Both the position numbers and the translations under genes were made by a program. A DNA stretch of 62,336 nt, filler included. It is 8 parts of 8 records of this genome, joined end to end, with 100 filler letters (N's around TTAATTAATTAA, not from the genome) between each part and the next. Parts side by side here need not be neighbours in the genome. Positions count along the whole stretch, not along the records: positions 1 to 6,093 come from SRR31156797_32858; positions 6,194 to 12,313 come from SRR31156797_32867; 6 more parts are not named here. One strand, given 5' to 3'. A model generated the notes under the pieces. It did not search any database and was not told where the DNA came from. It was given only the letters and a program-made list of their open reading frames with translations. Of this stretch, positions 1-8,750 are shown one piece after another (position 1 is the first letter of the stretch; the number at the start of each line of letters is the position of its first letter).

Positions 1-312
1 CGAATCTCCATGAGCATCAATATAACGAAAAACGATGTGACGGATTATGTTGACGGTGTACCAATTATCTCCACCAACGAAGCGACGACTGAACTGCTGG
101 TAAACGATGGAGACACGGTCGTTATTGGCGGCATCATCAAATCGACCAAGACCAAGGAGAAAAGTGCTTTCCCCGGACTGCATAAAATCCCCGTATTGGG
201 ATGGATGTTCCAGAGCAATCTTGAACAAATGGAAAACATTGAATTGTTAATCTTCATGAATCCGAGAATCGTTCAATTGGAACAGCGCTACGCGTCCTTC
301 ATGGAAGAGTGA
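1..312 (+). CDS. pilQ: Type IV pilus secretin PilQ, C-terminal fragment (5' truncated by window edge)
   Basis: Secretin C-terminal signature: ATTELLVNDGDTVVIGGI...PGLHKIPVLGWMF...ELLIFMNPRIV. Confidence 0.8.
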   Translation, partial: RISMSINITKNDVTDYVDGVPIISTNEATTELLVNDGDTVVIGGIIKSTKTKEKSAFPGLHKIPVLGWMFQSNLEQMENIELLIFMNPRIVQLEQRYASFMEE

Positions 313-388
313 ACAACCTTGACCCAAAAAATTCGCCCCTATCCATAGCGGCGGCAATAGAATAAGGATCTATACCCGGAGGCGTTAC

Positions 389-2452
389 ATGAAAACCTGT
401 TTTACGACAACGACGCTACGCTTGTTTTCAATATTGATTGTACTGATTTTTCTGACTGCCTGTTCAGAAGGAACCGGTACGGAGAGTGAGACCGAGGCGC
501 CAGAACCAGCCACCGAAATCGATGTCGCCCAAATTTTCGTTGAAGTCGATCCCAATGCAGTCAATGTAGGAGGTTCAATCACCGTCACCGCTTACGCCTA
601 TGATTCCAGTGGAAATGGTGTATCGGATGTTTACTTGACCTTTGGGCTGGATCAGCCGTTTCTGGCAAGCTTTGACGGCTATTTACAGAGGACAGATGCC
701 AATGGTATGGCGCAAACCAGACTCGTTGCCCGTGACAGAATCGGCAACCTTAATATTTGGGCATCCACAGACTATATGGATAGTGACACGGCTGAGATTA
801 CCATCATGTCCGGCGTGTCACCAAATGTGATCAATGTTTCGGCCAATCCGTCTTCATTGCTGATCAGAGAGACGGCAACCGTAACGGCGGAAATACTCGA
901 TGAAGATGGGCTGCCCGTACCCGACGGGACGGCAGTCTCCTTTTCTGTGCCGACTACCAGCTACGGGGATATGTCCTCGACTTCGGAAACCACAATCAAC
1001 GGATTCGCCAGTTCCACCTTCGTAGCATCGGAAACACCTGGAAATGCAACCATCGAGGTTTCAGTCGGTGCGATCAACAACAGCGTCGACATTCTCATCA
1101 ATTCGACCCAACCGGCTGCCTTGCAATTCGTTTCAGCCGAACCCCAAAGAATCGCCCTGAAAGGTTCCGGCGCAAACGAAAATTCCGAGATCCAATTCAA
1201 AGTTGTCGATGGCGACGGCGTTGGAGTGCAGGGCGTCAGCGTTCATGTCAATATTGAAAAAGGACCCAATGGCGGCGAGTACATTGATGATGTAGAACCT
1301 AAGGATGAGATTTATGTCTCCTCGGAGGCTTCCGGGATTGCCACAGTCACCCTGCGAAGCGGAACCATTCCGGGCGCGGTAACCCTGAAAGGAAGCATCG
1401 AGGTGGACGGCGTGACCTTTACGACAAACGCTTCGGTTGTTTCCATCGGCGGTGGCGTTCCCACCTCCTCCAGATTCAGTGTCTCCGCAGACCCCTTGAA
1501 CCTTCCGGGTCTGCACAGAAACGGAGAGCCCACGAACATTACGGCATGGATGTCCGACCGATACGGAAACTACAATATCTTGGAAGGGACAACGGTCTCT
1601 TTCTGGTCGGAAACAGCCATTTCCATCAACGCATCGGAAGCCACCGTCGACGAAGATGGCATCGCCTCGGTGTCGGCCCGTACACAGCATCCTGCCCTGG
1701 CTTCCAGTACGGGCGGAATGAATGTGGAGCCCTGGCCATGGGAAGAAAATCTTGCGGCGTACTTGTGGGACACATACGAACTTGCATCGCCGACCGGCAC
1801 CCACCCACGAGACGGCCAGGTCTCCGTGTTGGCCATCACCCAGGGTGAGGAGTACTTCCGCGATGATAACGCGGACGGTTACTATACCACCGGTGAAATT
1901 TATGACGACACGCATGATGATCCGTTTATCGATGTCAACGACAACGATACCCGGGATAACGGTACGGGTGTAGATCCTTTTGAAGAGTACTCCGACAGCA
2001 ACGAAATCGCCGGATGGCAGAGCAAGAACAATCAATGGGACCGCCAGAAAGATATTTTCACCAGTGCGAAACTGTTGGTTACCGGGGGACCGATCATCAG
2101 CATTGATCCAGATTTACGCGATGATGGTTTCGAAATCCCAAATGGTGGTTTACTGGAAACGAAGTTCGTTGTCTGTGACCGAAATCTCAACTACATGAGC
2201 GGGGGCACGAAAATATCCGCTTCCATCGAAGGGGGCGGCAAGGTATACGCCGACAACATCGAAATGCCGGATATGAGCGGTCTGCCGGGAAGTGGAGATG
2301 GCTACGCAGGGCATTTGGAAAAAATTGAATTTTCCTTGACGATTGCCGACGATGCTGCAAATAAATTTGAAACCAGAAACGTTTCTGTAACGATTACAGT
2401 GGAATGGGCATACGGGACTGAATCCTTGTACTTTTTAGGGACAATCGATTAA
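389..2452 (+). CDS. Lipoprotein with bacterial Ig-like (Big_1, invasin/intimin-type) repeats
   Basis: Lipobox (LIFLTAC), RBS GGAGG, beta-rich Ig-like repeats (VTAEILDEDGLPVPDGTAVSF; YNILEGTTVSF), acidic DxNxD motifs; 687 aa. Confidence 0.7.
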   Translation: MKTCFTTTTLRLFSILIVLIFLTACSEGTGTESETEAPEPATEIDVAQIFVEVDPNAVNVGGSITVTAYAYDSSGNGVSDVYLTFGLDQPFLASFDGYLQRTDANGMAQTRLVARDRIGNLNIWASTDYMDSDTAEITIMSGVSPNVINVSANPSSLLIRETATVTAEILDEDGLPVPDGTAVSFSVPTTSYGDMSSTSETTINGFASSTFVASETPGNATIEVSVGAINNSVDILINSTQPAALQFVSAEPQRIALKGSGANENSEIQFKVVDGDGVGVQGVSVHVNIEKGPNGGEYIDDVEPKDEIYVSSEASGIATVTLRSGTIPGAVTLKGSIEVDGVTFTTNASVVSIGGGVPTSSRFSVSADPLNLPGLHRNGEPTNITAWMSDRYGNYNILEGTTVSFWSETAISINASEATVDEDGIASVSARTQHPALASSTGGMNVEPWPWEENLAAYLWDTYELASPTGTHPRDGQVSVLAITQGEEYFRDDNADGYYTTGEIYDDTHDDPFIDVNDNDTRDNGTGVDPFEEYSDSNEIAGWQSKNNQWDRQKDIFTSAKLLVTGGPIISIDPDLRDDGFEIPNGGLLETKFVVCDRNLNYMSGGTKISASIEGGGKVYADNIEMPDMSGLPGSGDGYAGHLEKIEFSLTIADDAANKFETRNVSVTITVEWAYGTESLYFLGTID

Positions 2453-2484
2453 TGATCCTCTGATATCAAAAATAATTTAAAACC

Positions 2485-2531
2485 AAAGCCGCCAAAACGC
2501 TCGAAGGAATCCGATCGTTTTGGCGGTTTTT
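2485..2531. terminator. Probable bidirectional intrinsic terminator between convergent genes
   Basis: Inverted repeat AAAGCCGCCAAAACG...CGTTTTGGCGGTTTT followed by a T tract. Confidence 0.75.
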
Positions 2532-3877
2532 TATGAAACGTGTATCCTTCCTGCAGGTTCATCCACAACTTCACCGATAACGGCGGCATGCTCCACCCCT
2601 TCGTCCACCAAGTGCGTCACCATCGCATCAGCCGAATCCGACTCCACGGCGATGCACAACCCACCCGAGGTTTGGGGGTCATAAAGAATATCCCCCATGA
2701 CACCGTCTATCTTTTTATTCATCTCCACCATGGAAGAACGGAAATCTCTATTTTTGTGCGCCCCCCCGGGAACCATCCCCATGGCGGCAAATTCGGGGGC
2801 CTCAGGGAGAATTGGCACATATTCCAACAGAACATCCACCCCCAGGCCGATCCCATCAACCATTTCCGCGAGATGACCGATCAGACCAAATCCGGTGATG
2901 TCCGTACAGGCATGCACGGGATATTGTTTCATGATCAGCGCCGCTTTCTGATTCAACGTTGCCATGATTTCGGTCGTTTTCCGGATGGTTTGCTCTGAAG
3001 CCAGGTTGCCTTTGATGGCCGTATTGACGATACCGGTACCCAGGGGCTTTGTCAGCACCAGCTTGTCCCCGGGTTTCAGCCCCTGTTTCGTCAATATCCG
3101 TTCGGGATGAATGAACCCGGTGACGGAAAGCCCATATTTGAACTCCGCATCCTCCACGCTGTGACCGCCCAGCAATACGACATCCGCTTCCCTGATTTTA
3201 TCGATCCCGCCTTGAATGACCTCCCGCAACACGGAGAGCTCCATCTGTTTGAGGGGAAAGCCAACCAGGTTCATTGCCGTTTTCGGTTCTCCACCCATGG
3301 CGTAGACATCGCTCAGGGCATTGGCGGCGGCAATCTGTCCGAACCAATATGGATCGTCCACCACGGGCGTGAAGAAATCCACCGTCTGAATCAGGGCCAG
3401 ATCCTCCGATACCTTATAGACGCCTGCGTCATCGGCCTTGGAGAGGCCCACCAATACATTTGAATCCGAAGGAAAATCCAAACCGCACAATGCTTTGTCC
3501 AGGTCCCCTGGAGGCAGTTTTGAGGCTCAGCCGGCGCCTTTTACGGTTTTTGTCAGTCGAAGCGGGGTTTCCGAATGGTTGTTTACTGTCATCTCGTTAC
3601 TTTCATTTTGTTTGGTGGTTGAGGGGGGGGCATGGGCAGCCGTTTCGAGTTCTTCCAACAGCACTTTCAGATCCAGACCGTACTTTTTTACCACCTGCCC
3701 CACCGTTTCGAACAAAGCATTACAGCAGATGCACTCTCCTGCACGATCATCCCAGGATTTGAAAACCGCCTCCGTTAAACGATAGCGGCTTACAATTTCC
3801 AACACCGTCATATCAGCGGAAAGACCGGGTTTGAAAGAATCAATCTGCGAATTGATACCACTCTCGTTTGTATTCAT
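2531..3877 (-). CDS. selD: Selenide, water dikinase SelD containing selenocysteine (UGA at 3529-3527), with in-frame N-terminal DUF1858-like extension; alternative start ATG at 3592
   Basis: ORFs 3527-3877 and 2531-3490 are the same frame separated by one TGA: RLTKTVKGAG-U-ASKLPPGDL. Downstream SelD motifs DDAGVY, QTVDFFTPVVDDP, ANALSDVYAMGG, TDITGFGL, DPQTSGGL. Confidence 0.93.
3491..3516 (-). promoter_or_regulatory. SECIS-like hairpin 3' of the selD UGA
   Basis: mRNA UGC-C-UCCAGG-GGA-CCUGGA-CAAA-GCA starting about 10 nt after the UGA; G-containing apical loop. Confidence 0.65.
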
Positions 3878-4086
3878 AGCAACACAAGCTAACGACCCCG
3901 GTTTTGGAAATCAAATCGATAGTCTCTATAAACCGCAAAACAAAGATTGAAAATGTCTATAATTTACATCTTTCGAAATTGTGCGTATATTCGCTGTTTG
4001 CTGCGATTTACTGTTCGAGTATACCCTTGGTTTCATGAAAAATCAAAAATATCTATTCCACCTGTTTAGATGCAGGAAAGGCGTTT

Positions 4087-4797
4087 ATGATTACCATAGA
4101 TTTCGAACGACTCGATATTCACCCGGGTTACAAAATTCTCGATATCGGCAGCGGTCCGGGCAGGCACACCTGTGCGGCCGTCCGATTTCCTGATGTAACG
4201 GCCATCGGCGCCGATATCAGTTATGGTGATATAAAAGAGGCCAAAGAGAGACTTCAATTTCAAGAAGACCTGAATGAATGTGCCGGGCAGTGGGGGCTAT
4301 CCACAGCCAGCATTCTGAACCTGCCCTTTGAGGACAATGCGTTTGACGCTTTAATCTGCGCGGAAGTGATGGAGCACATTCCGGATCATGAATCCGCGGC
4401 TGCCGAACTGATTCGGGTGGTCAAACCCGGAGGAAAAATTGCCGTCAGCGTTCCCCGCTATCTTCCCGAGAAAATCTGCTGGCTTCTTTCAGACGACTAC
4501 CATCAGGTCAATAGGGGGCATGTGCGAATATATCGTAAAAATGAACTGATTGACCTTTTGGAGAACCATGGCCTGCAATACGGGGGCTGCCACTACGCCC
4601 ATGGTCTTCATTCTCCCTACTGGTGGCTGAAATGTCTGGTGGACCCCACCCGGGAGGACCATCCGTTGGTCAACCTCTACCACCGGTTTTTGGTGTGGGA
4701 CTTGATGGAGAAACCCCGTTTTTCGCAGATGCTGGACAGGCTGCTCAATCCGCTCATCGGGAAGAGTCTTGTCGTTTATATGGAAAAAGAGCGATAA
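4087..4797 (+). CDS. Class I SAM-dependent methyltransferase
   Basis: ILDIGSGPGRH motif I; LPFEDNAFD; EVMEH; RVVKPGG. Confidence 0.85.
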   Translation: MITIDFERLDIHPGYKILDIGSGPGRHTCAAVRFPDVTAIGADISYGDIKEAKERLQFQEDLNECAGQWGLSTASILNLPFEDNAFDALICAEVMEHIPDHESAAAELIRVVKPGGKIAVSVPRYLPEKICWLLSDDYHQVNRGHVRIYRKNELIDLLENHGLQYGGCHYAHGLHSPYWWLKCLVDPTREDHPLVNLYHRFLVWDLMEKPRFSQMLDRLLNPLIGKSLVVYMEKER

Positions 4798-4857
4798 TTG
4801 CTTCTTTTTACCTTGGAGGAATCAGATTCGATCCAACATCCGGGAAAAAATTGGCCC

Positions 4858-4888
4858 TTGACATAATCGAATGATCGTTTATTATAGA
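4858..4888 (+). promoter_or_regulatory. Sigma-70 promoter of tetR overlapped by a putative TetR operator
   Basis: TTGACA at 4858-4863 and TATTAT at 4880-4885; CGAATGATCGTTT (4868-4880) lies in the spacer. Confidence 0.55.
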
Positions 4889-4892
4889 AATC

Positions 4893-5465
4893 ATGAGGAC
4901 GAAAGATGACGAAAAAAAGGAAGCCTTGTTCCATGCTACCGTGAAACTGGTCAACGAAATGGGGTTTGTTTCCAGCTCCGTTTCCAAGATCGCCAAAAGA
5001 GCTGGGGTTTCGCCGTCAACGATCTATGTCTATTACAAAAACAAGGAAGACCTTCTGGTCTCCACCTATATCGACATAAAAATGGAGATGGGTGAGACCC
5101 TGCTGCATGATTTTGACGACAGCCGACCGATTCGAGATACGTTGAAGACCTTTTGGATCAATGCGTTTGACTACATTTCAAACAACCTTGATGATTACCG
5201 CTTTTGCGAGCAATTCGCCAATTCTCCATACAGTGACCTGGTCGATAGAGCGGCTATCGAGAGACACTTTGCCTCTTTTATTACGGTCATTGAAAGAGGC
5301 GTCGAACAGAAAATCATTAAGGATGTGAACCGGGATTTCTTGGCGGCCTTTTTGTTCCAACCTATTTCGTATTTGGCGAATCCCCATAAATGCCAAGGTT
5401 TTGTCGTTACCGAAGAGGATATCGAGACTGCTTTTACGATGGCCTGGGATGCTATCAAATTCTAA
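4893..5465 (+). CDS. TetR/AcrR family transcriptional regulator
   Basis: N-terminal HTH SSVSKIAKRAGVSPSTIYVYYKNKEDL. Confidence 0.9.
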   Translation: MRTKDDEKKEALFHATVKLVNEMGFVSSSVSKIAKRAGVSPSTIYVYYKNKEDLLVSTYIDIKMEMGETLLHDFDDSRPIRDTLKTFWINAFDYISNNLDDYRFCEQFANSPYSDLVDRAAIERHFASFITVIERGVEQKIIKDVNRDFLAAFLFQPISYLANPHKCQGFVVTEEDIETAFTMAWDAIKF

Positions 5466-5470
5466 AAAAA

Positions 5471-5503
5471 TTGACTTTAATTAAAAACGATCATTCGTTT
5501 ATA
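5471..5503 (+). promoter_or_regulatory. Putative promoter and TetR operator upstream of MBL hydrolase
   Basis: TTGACT at 5471; palindrome AAACGA-TCAT-TCGTTT (5485-5500); 5485-5497 is the exact reverse complement of 4868-4880. Confidence 0.55.
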
Positions 5504-5504
5504 A

Positions 5505-6093
5505 ATGCAACAACAAATGATAATAAACCTGAAACGATTCGCCGCTCTTATTGCCAGTCTACTTGTAGGAGTCTTTATTATGCACTGTTTTCCCCCCCCT
5601 TCAACAGCTGTTTCTCCCAGTGGCCCGACGGCTCAATCCGAAATGGATACGCTCGGTTCTGCTAAGAAAAACAAGATCGAAGATCGGACAGGACCGGATC
5701 TTCTGTCCGTGGACAATTTTGCCTCCACCACCTGGAACTTCTTTTTCAAAGAAAATAACCGAAAGCCAGTGAAGGCACTACCAGCGCAACCGGTGGACCT
5801 GTCCCTTTTCAATTGCCCGGATACCAATCAGTTGAACGTAACCTGGCTGGGACACTCCTCCTTGATGATCAATATCGACGGATACAGGGTGTTGACCGAT
5901 CCTGTGTTTGTAAATAAGGTGTCCATTTTAGGTCCGGCACGCTTCAACGGCCAAGTCCCTGTGGGAACGCACCAATTGCCTTTCATCGATGCAGTCGTCA
6001 TTTCCCACGATCACTACGACCACCTCAATAAATCTACCATCAAACAGCTTGTCGAGAGGACCGGGCGGTTCATTGTTCCCCTTGGGGTGGGAG
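5505..6093 (+). CDS. MBL-fold metallo-hydrolase (RomA/NAPE-PLD-like), 3' truncated at contig end
   Basis: TWLGHSS...VLTDPVF...ISHDHYDHL metal motif; hydrophobic N-terminal signal or anchor. Confidence 0.85.
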
Positions 6094-6193
6094 NNNNNNN
6101 NNNNNNNNNNNNNNNNNNNNNNNNNNNNNNNNNNNNNTTAATTAATTAANNNNNNNNNNNNNNNNNNNNNNNNNNNNNNNNNNNNNNNNNNNN
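6094..6193. other. Artificial contig spacer
   Basis: N run with TTAATTAATTAA six-frame stop. Confidence 0.98.
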
Positions 6194-6249
6194 AAGAGGC
6201 GGCAGAGCCGCCAAGACAGTGCGCTCCCAGGCAGGAGCCCGGGAGCGAG
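6194..6249. repeat. REP-like palindromic dispersed repeat at contig start
   Basis: Two hairpins, GGCGGC-AGA-GCCGCC and CGCTCCC...GGGAGCG; first 30 nt match 50780-50809 at 27/30. Confidence 0.6.
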
Positions 6250-6414
6250 AAAAATACTTCTATCCCCAATCAATAATAACACCGTATTGAGGCTTTGGCG
6301 AATTTAAGCCGCTTATAGGCAATAGTTGAGCAATCTTCGACGGTCACATATGGTCAAAACAAAACTATTCTGATATTTGTAAACAACGATTGCTTGATTA
6401 TTTAAGGATTGGAC

Positions 6415-7065
6415 ATGAATTTTAAAGCCATAATTTTCGATCTGGATGGAACCCTGCTGGATTCACTGGAAGATATAGCCGATTCAGCCAATACAATCCT
6501 GGCCAGGTTCGGCTATCCCGGCCATGATCTTCATGCTTATAAATACTTTGTGGGCGAAGGAATGGAAAATCTTATTCGTAAAGCCCTGCCCCAAGACCAA
6601 CGATCGGAAGAATCGATTGCCAAATGCCTGGCGGCCATGCAGCAGGAATATGCCAAGCGCTGTGAAAACAAAACCCGGCCTTATGATGGAATACCGGAAT
6701 TACTCAAGGAGCTTGAAGACAAAGGCGTCAGGATCGCCGTTTTATCGAACAAACCGCACGAGGCGACGATTACAATGATATCCCGGCTTCTTCCCGGCTA
6801 TAATTTTAAACCCATCATTGGCGCCGGAAACGAATTTCCTAAAAAGCCGGCGCCTGACGGAGCCCTGGCCATATCCGGAAAATTGGGGATTGATCCTGCC
6901 AACATAGCTTTTTTGGGCGATTCCCAACCAGACATGAAAACCGCCGCGGCCGCTAATATGTTCCCGATTGGATGTTTGTGGGGATTTCGCACAGCGGATG
7001 AACTCCTGGCCGCGGGCGCCAAAATGCTGATAAAAGATCCCTATTCACTTTTACCCTGGATTTAG
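6415..7065 (+). CDS. HAD family hydrolase (phosphoglycolate phosphatase-like)
   Basis: FDLDGTL motif I, LSNK, KKPAP, GDSQPD. Confidence 0.88.
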   Translation: MNFKAIIFDLDGTLLDSLEDIADSANTILARFGYPGHDLHAYKYFVGEGMENLIRKALPQDQRSEESIAKCLAAMQQEYAKRCENKTRPYDGIPELLKELEDKGVRIAVLSNKPHEATITMISRLLPGYNFKPIIGAGNEFPKKPAPDGALAISGKLGIDPANIAFLGDSQPDMKTAAAANMFPIGCLWGFRTADELLAAGAKMLIKDPYSLLPWI

Positions 7066-7200
7066 GCGATTATTTGATTACCGTGTTAACCATAAAAAAA
7101 CCGTCGGTAATTCGACGGTTAATACAGCCATTTCGTTGAGATAAAAAATGGGCGCCTTATTGGAGCGCCCTTACACATAAAATGAAGTTTAAATAAACTG

Positions 7201-7515
7201 TCAGACGTATCTGGGAACTATCAAGTTAATTCCTGTTATGTCATGCAGTTCGGTTTTACTGTAATTCAAGTCGGCCCTGCCTATCCAGTCAGCGGTTATG
7301 GAAGTAAGTTCCATTGCCTGCCTGACATTTAAAACATCACCCTGTCTGTTTTTCGCCGACTGATAATTTTCCGCTTCAGTTTTAACTATCTCCGGAAGCG
7401 GTTTTTTTTCAACCAGGTCCCTGGTCTTGTCTTCCTGCTGATCCGGAGGCTTGATGCCGCCTCTGCCAAGTCGGCCAAGATTCGTATAAGTTTCAGCAAC
7501 CTGGTTAACATTCAT
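7201..7515 (-). CDS. Hypothetical protein (about 104 aa)
   Basis: ATG at 7515 preceded by AAGGGGTGA RBS; follows the upstream gene closely; possible terminator hairpin near 7150-7170. Confidence 0.55.
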   Translation of the reverse strand: MNVNQVAETYTNLGRLGRGGIKPPDQQEDKTRDLVEKKPLPEIVKTEAENYQSAKNRQGDVLNVRQAMELTSITADWIGRADLNYSKTELHDITGINLIVPRYV

Positions 7516-7534
7516 GGCGTTCACCCTTTATCGG

Positions 7535-7987
7535 CTATACGTAATCGCCGCGCTTGAACTTTTCGGCTTCCACAGCCGCCAGGACAGCAGTCTGTTCGGT
7601 AATCTGTTTCATGGGGCCGTCCGGCAATGCTTCCCCTATCTTATCCAGGCGTTCGGATGCAGCCTGGAGACTGTTGACCAGGGGCTCTGTATCCTTAAGG
7701 CTTTTTCCGGGATCAGACAGGGATTCCGCATAAAGCTCCAATTGTTCAAGCACATGTTCCACCTGGGTTTCCGGGCTCGTGCCTCCTACCGCCAAAATAC
7801 TGCCGACCGGCGATGTGCATAGCACGCCGTTTGTCGCCGTCTCGGAAGATACAGGATTTGCTTCACTCCCGGCCCTTGATGATGCTTCGGCTAACGCCCC
7901 GGCAAAATTGCCTTTTTCGCCTTTATTCTGCTGATCGATATTTTGATTTCTAATTAATTGAGCCGAAGTATTCTCGTTGATCTTCAT
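7535..7987 (-). CDS. Hypothetical protein (150 aa; true start likely 7987, not 8158)
   Basis: AGGAGG RBS before ATG at 7987 (MKINENTSAQ...); helical C-terminus ending AVEAEKFKRGDYV. Confidence 0.65.
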   Translation of the reverse strand: MKINENTSAQLIRNQNIDQQNKGEKGNFAGALAEASSRAGSEANPVSSETATNGVLCTSPVGSILAVGGTSPETQVEHVLEQLELYAESLSDPGKSLKDTEPLVNSLQAASERLDKIGEALPDGPMKQITEQTAVLAAVEAEKFKRGDYV

Positions 7988-8026
7988 CTGGCGCCTCCTG
8001 CTGATGCAACTAGCTGCAATCATATA

Positions 8027-8043
8027 TGCAATCAGTGTTCCAA
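8027..8043 (-). promoter_or_regulatory. Sigma-54 (-24/-12) promoter
   Basis: Minus strand TTGGAACACTGATTGCA with correct GG-N10-GC spacing, about 40 nt upstream of ATG 7987. Confidence 0.6.
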
Positions 8044-8219
8044 TTCGCCTTCTTTTATAATAATGCCTTATCTTATTGATAATATTATTTTTTCTCAAAA
8101 GGACCCACATCAGAGGCATTGCCGGGGATAGGAAAAAAATTCCGGGGCAAAACAGCATGTATAGTCTATTTTATTGATTTTAATTACATTTTAACAAAGA
8201 CAAAAATCATGCAAATATT

Positions 8220-8750
8220 CTAGTCCATGTCGAAATCATGACGGTCTTCGCGGCGCTCCCCAAATAGCGTCGTCATAATATCTCTCATATCCGGGTGATC
8301 GCATTCTAAATTCTCAAAAAATTCCCAAATATCTCCCGGGGACATACCAGGCGTCGGCCGCTTGCCTTCGGCATTTAAAACTTCCAATTCATTCTTTAAA
8401 TAACCGTTCAGCAAGTCCCCGGCCTCACGCCTGAATTCATCAATATTAATATTATATTTTTCGCAGTATTTTTTTAGCCTTGAATAGTTGATCCCGGCTC
8501 GCTTCGGGCTCCTGAATTCCGGTCGATTCCTGTTTTCAGGATTCAGATCTCTGCGGATGATATCCATGTAGCGGCCGGCGACAGCCAGACGCATACAGGC
8601 CTTTTCTTCGTCGTTTATCTGAAAGCCTTGGCTTTCCAGATAGTGAAGGCTTTCAAACATTGCGACTTCCGGTATTTCTCCTCCCTGAAGCAAGACGGCA
8701 TCGGCTTCCTCAAGGACAACGCTTCTCACCTTGCCGGCCCGATTAATCAT
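8220..8750 (-). CDS. Conserved hypothetical protein
   Basis: ATGA overlap with the GGDEF gene stop; 176-aa ORF (GEIPEVAMFESLHYL...IIRRDLNPENR). Confidence 0.6.
   Translation of the reverse strand: MINRAGKVRSVVLEEADAVLLQGGEIPEVAMFESLHYLESQGFQINDEEKACMRLAVAGRYMDIIRRDLNPENRNRPEFRSPKRAGINYSRLKKYCEKYNINIDEFRREAGDLLNGYLKNELEVLNAEGKRPTPGMSPGDIWEFFENLECDHPDMRDIMTTLFGERREDRHDFDMD

Noticed and set aside
1133..2035. 300-aa antisense ORF (likewise 53502-54374, 55316-56395, 48735-49839, 13070-13780, 8628-9302)
   Set aside because: Antisense shadows of well-supported genes.
6094..6193. Recurrent TTAATTAATTAA within N runs, and ORFs ending in ...XXXLIN
   Set aside because: Artificial linker; not a biological repeat or a real protein terminus.
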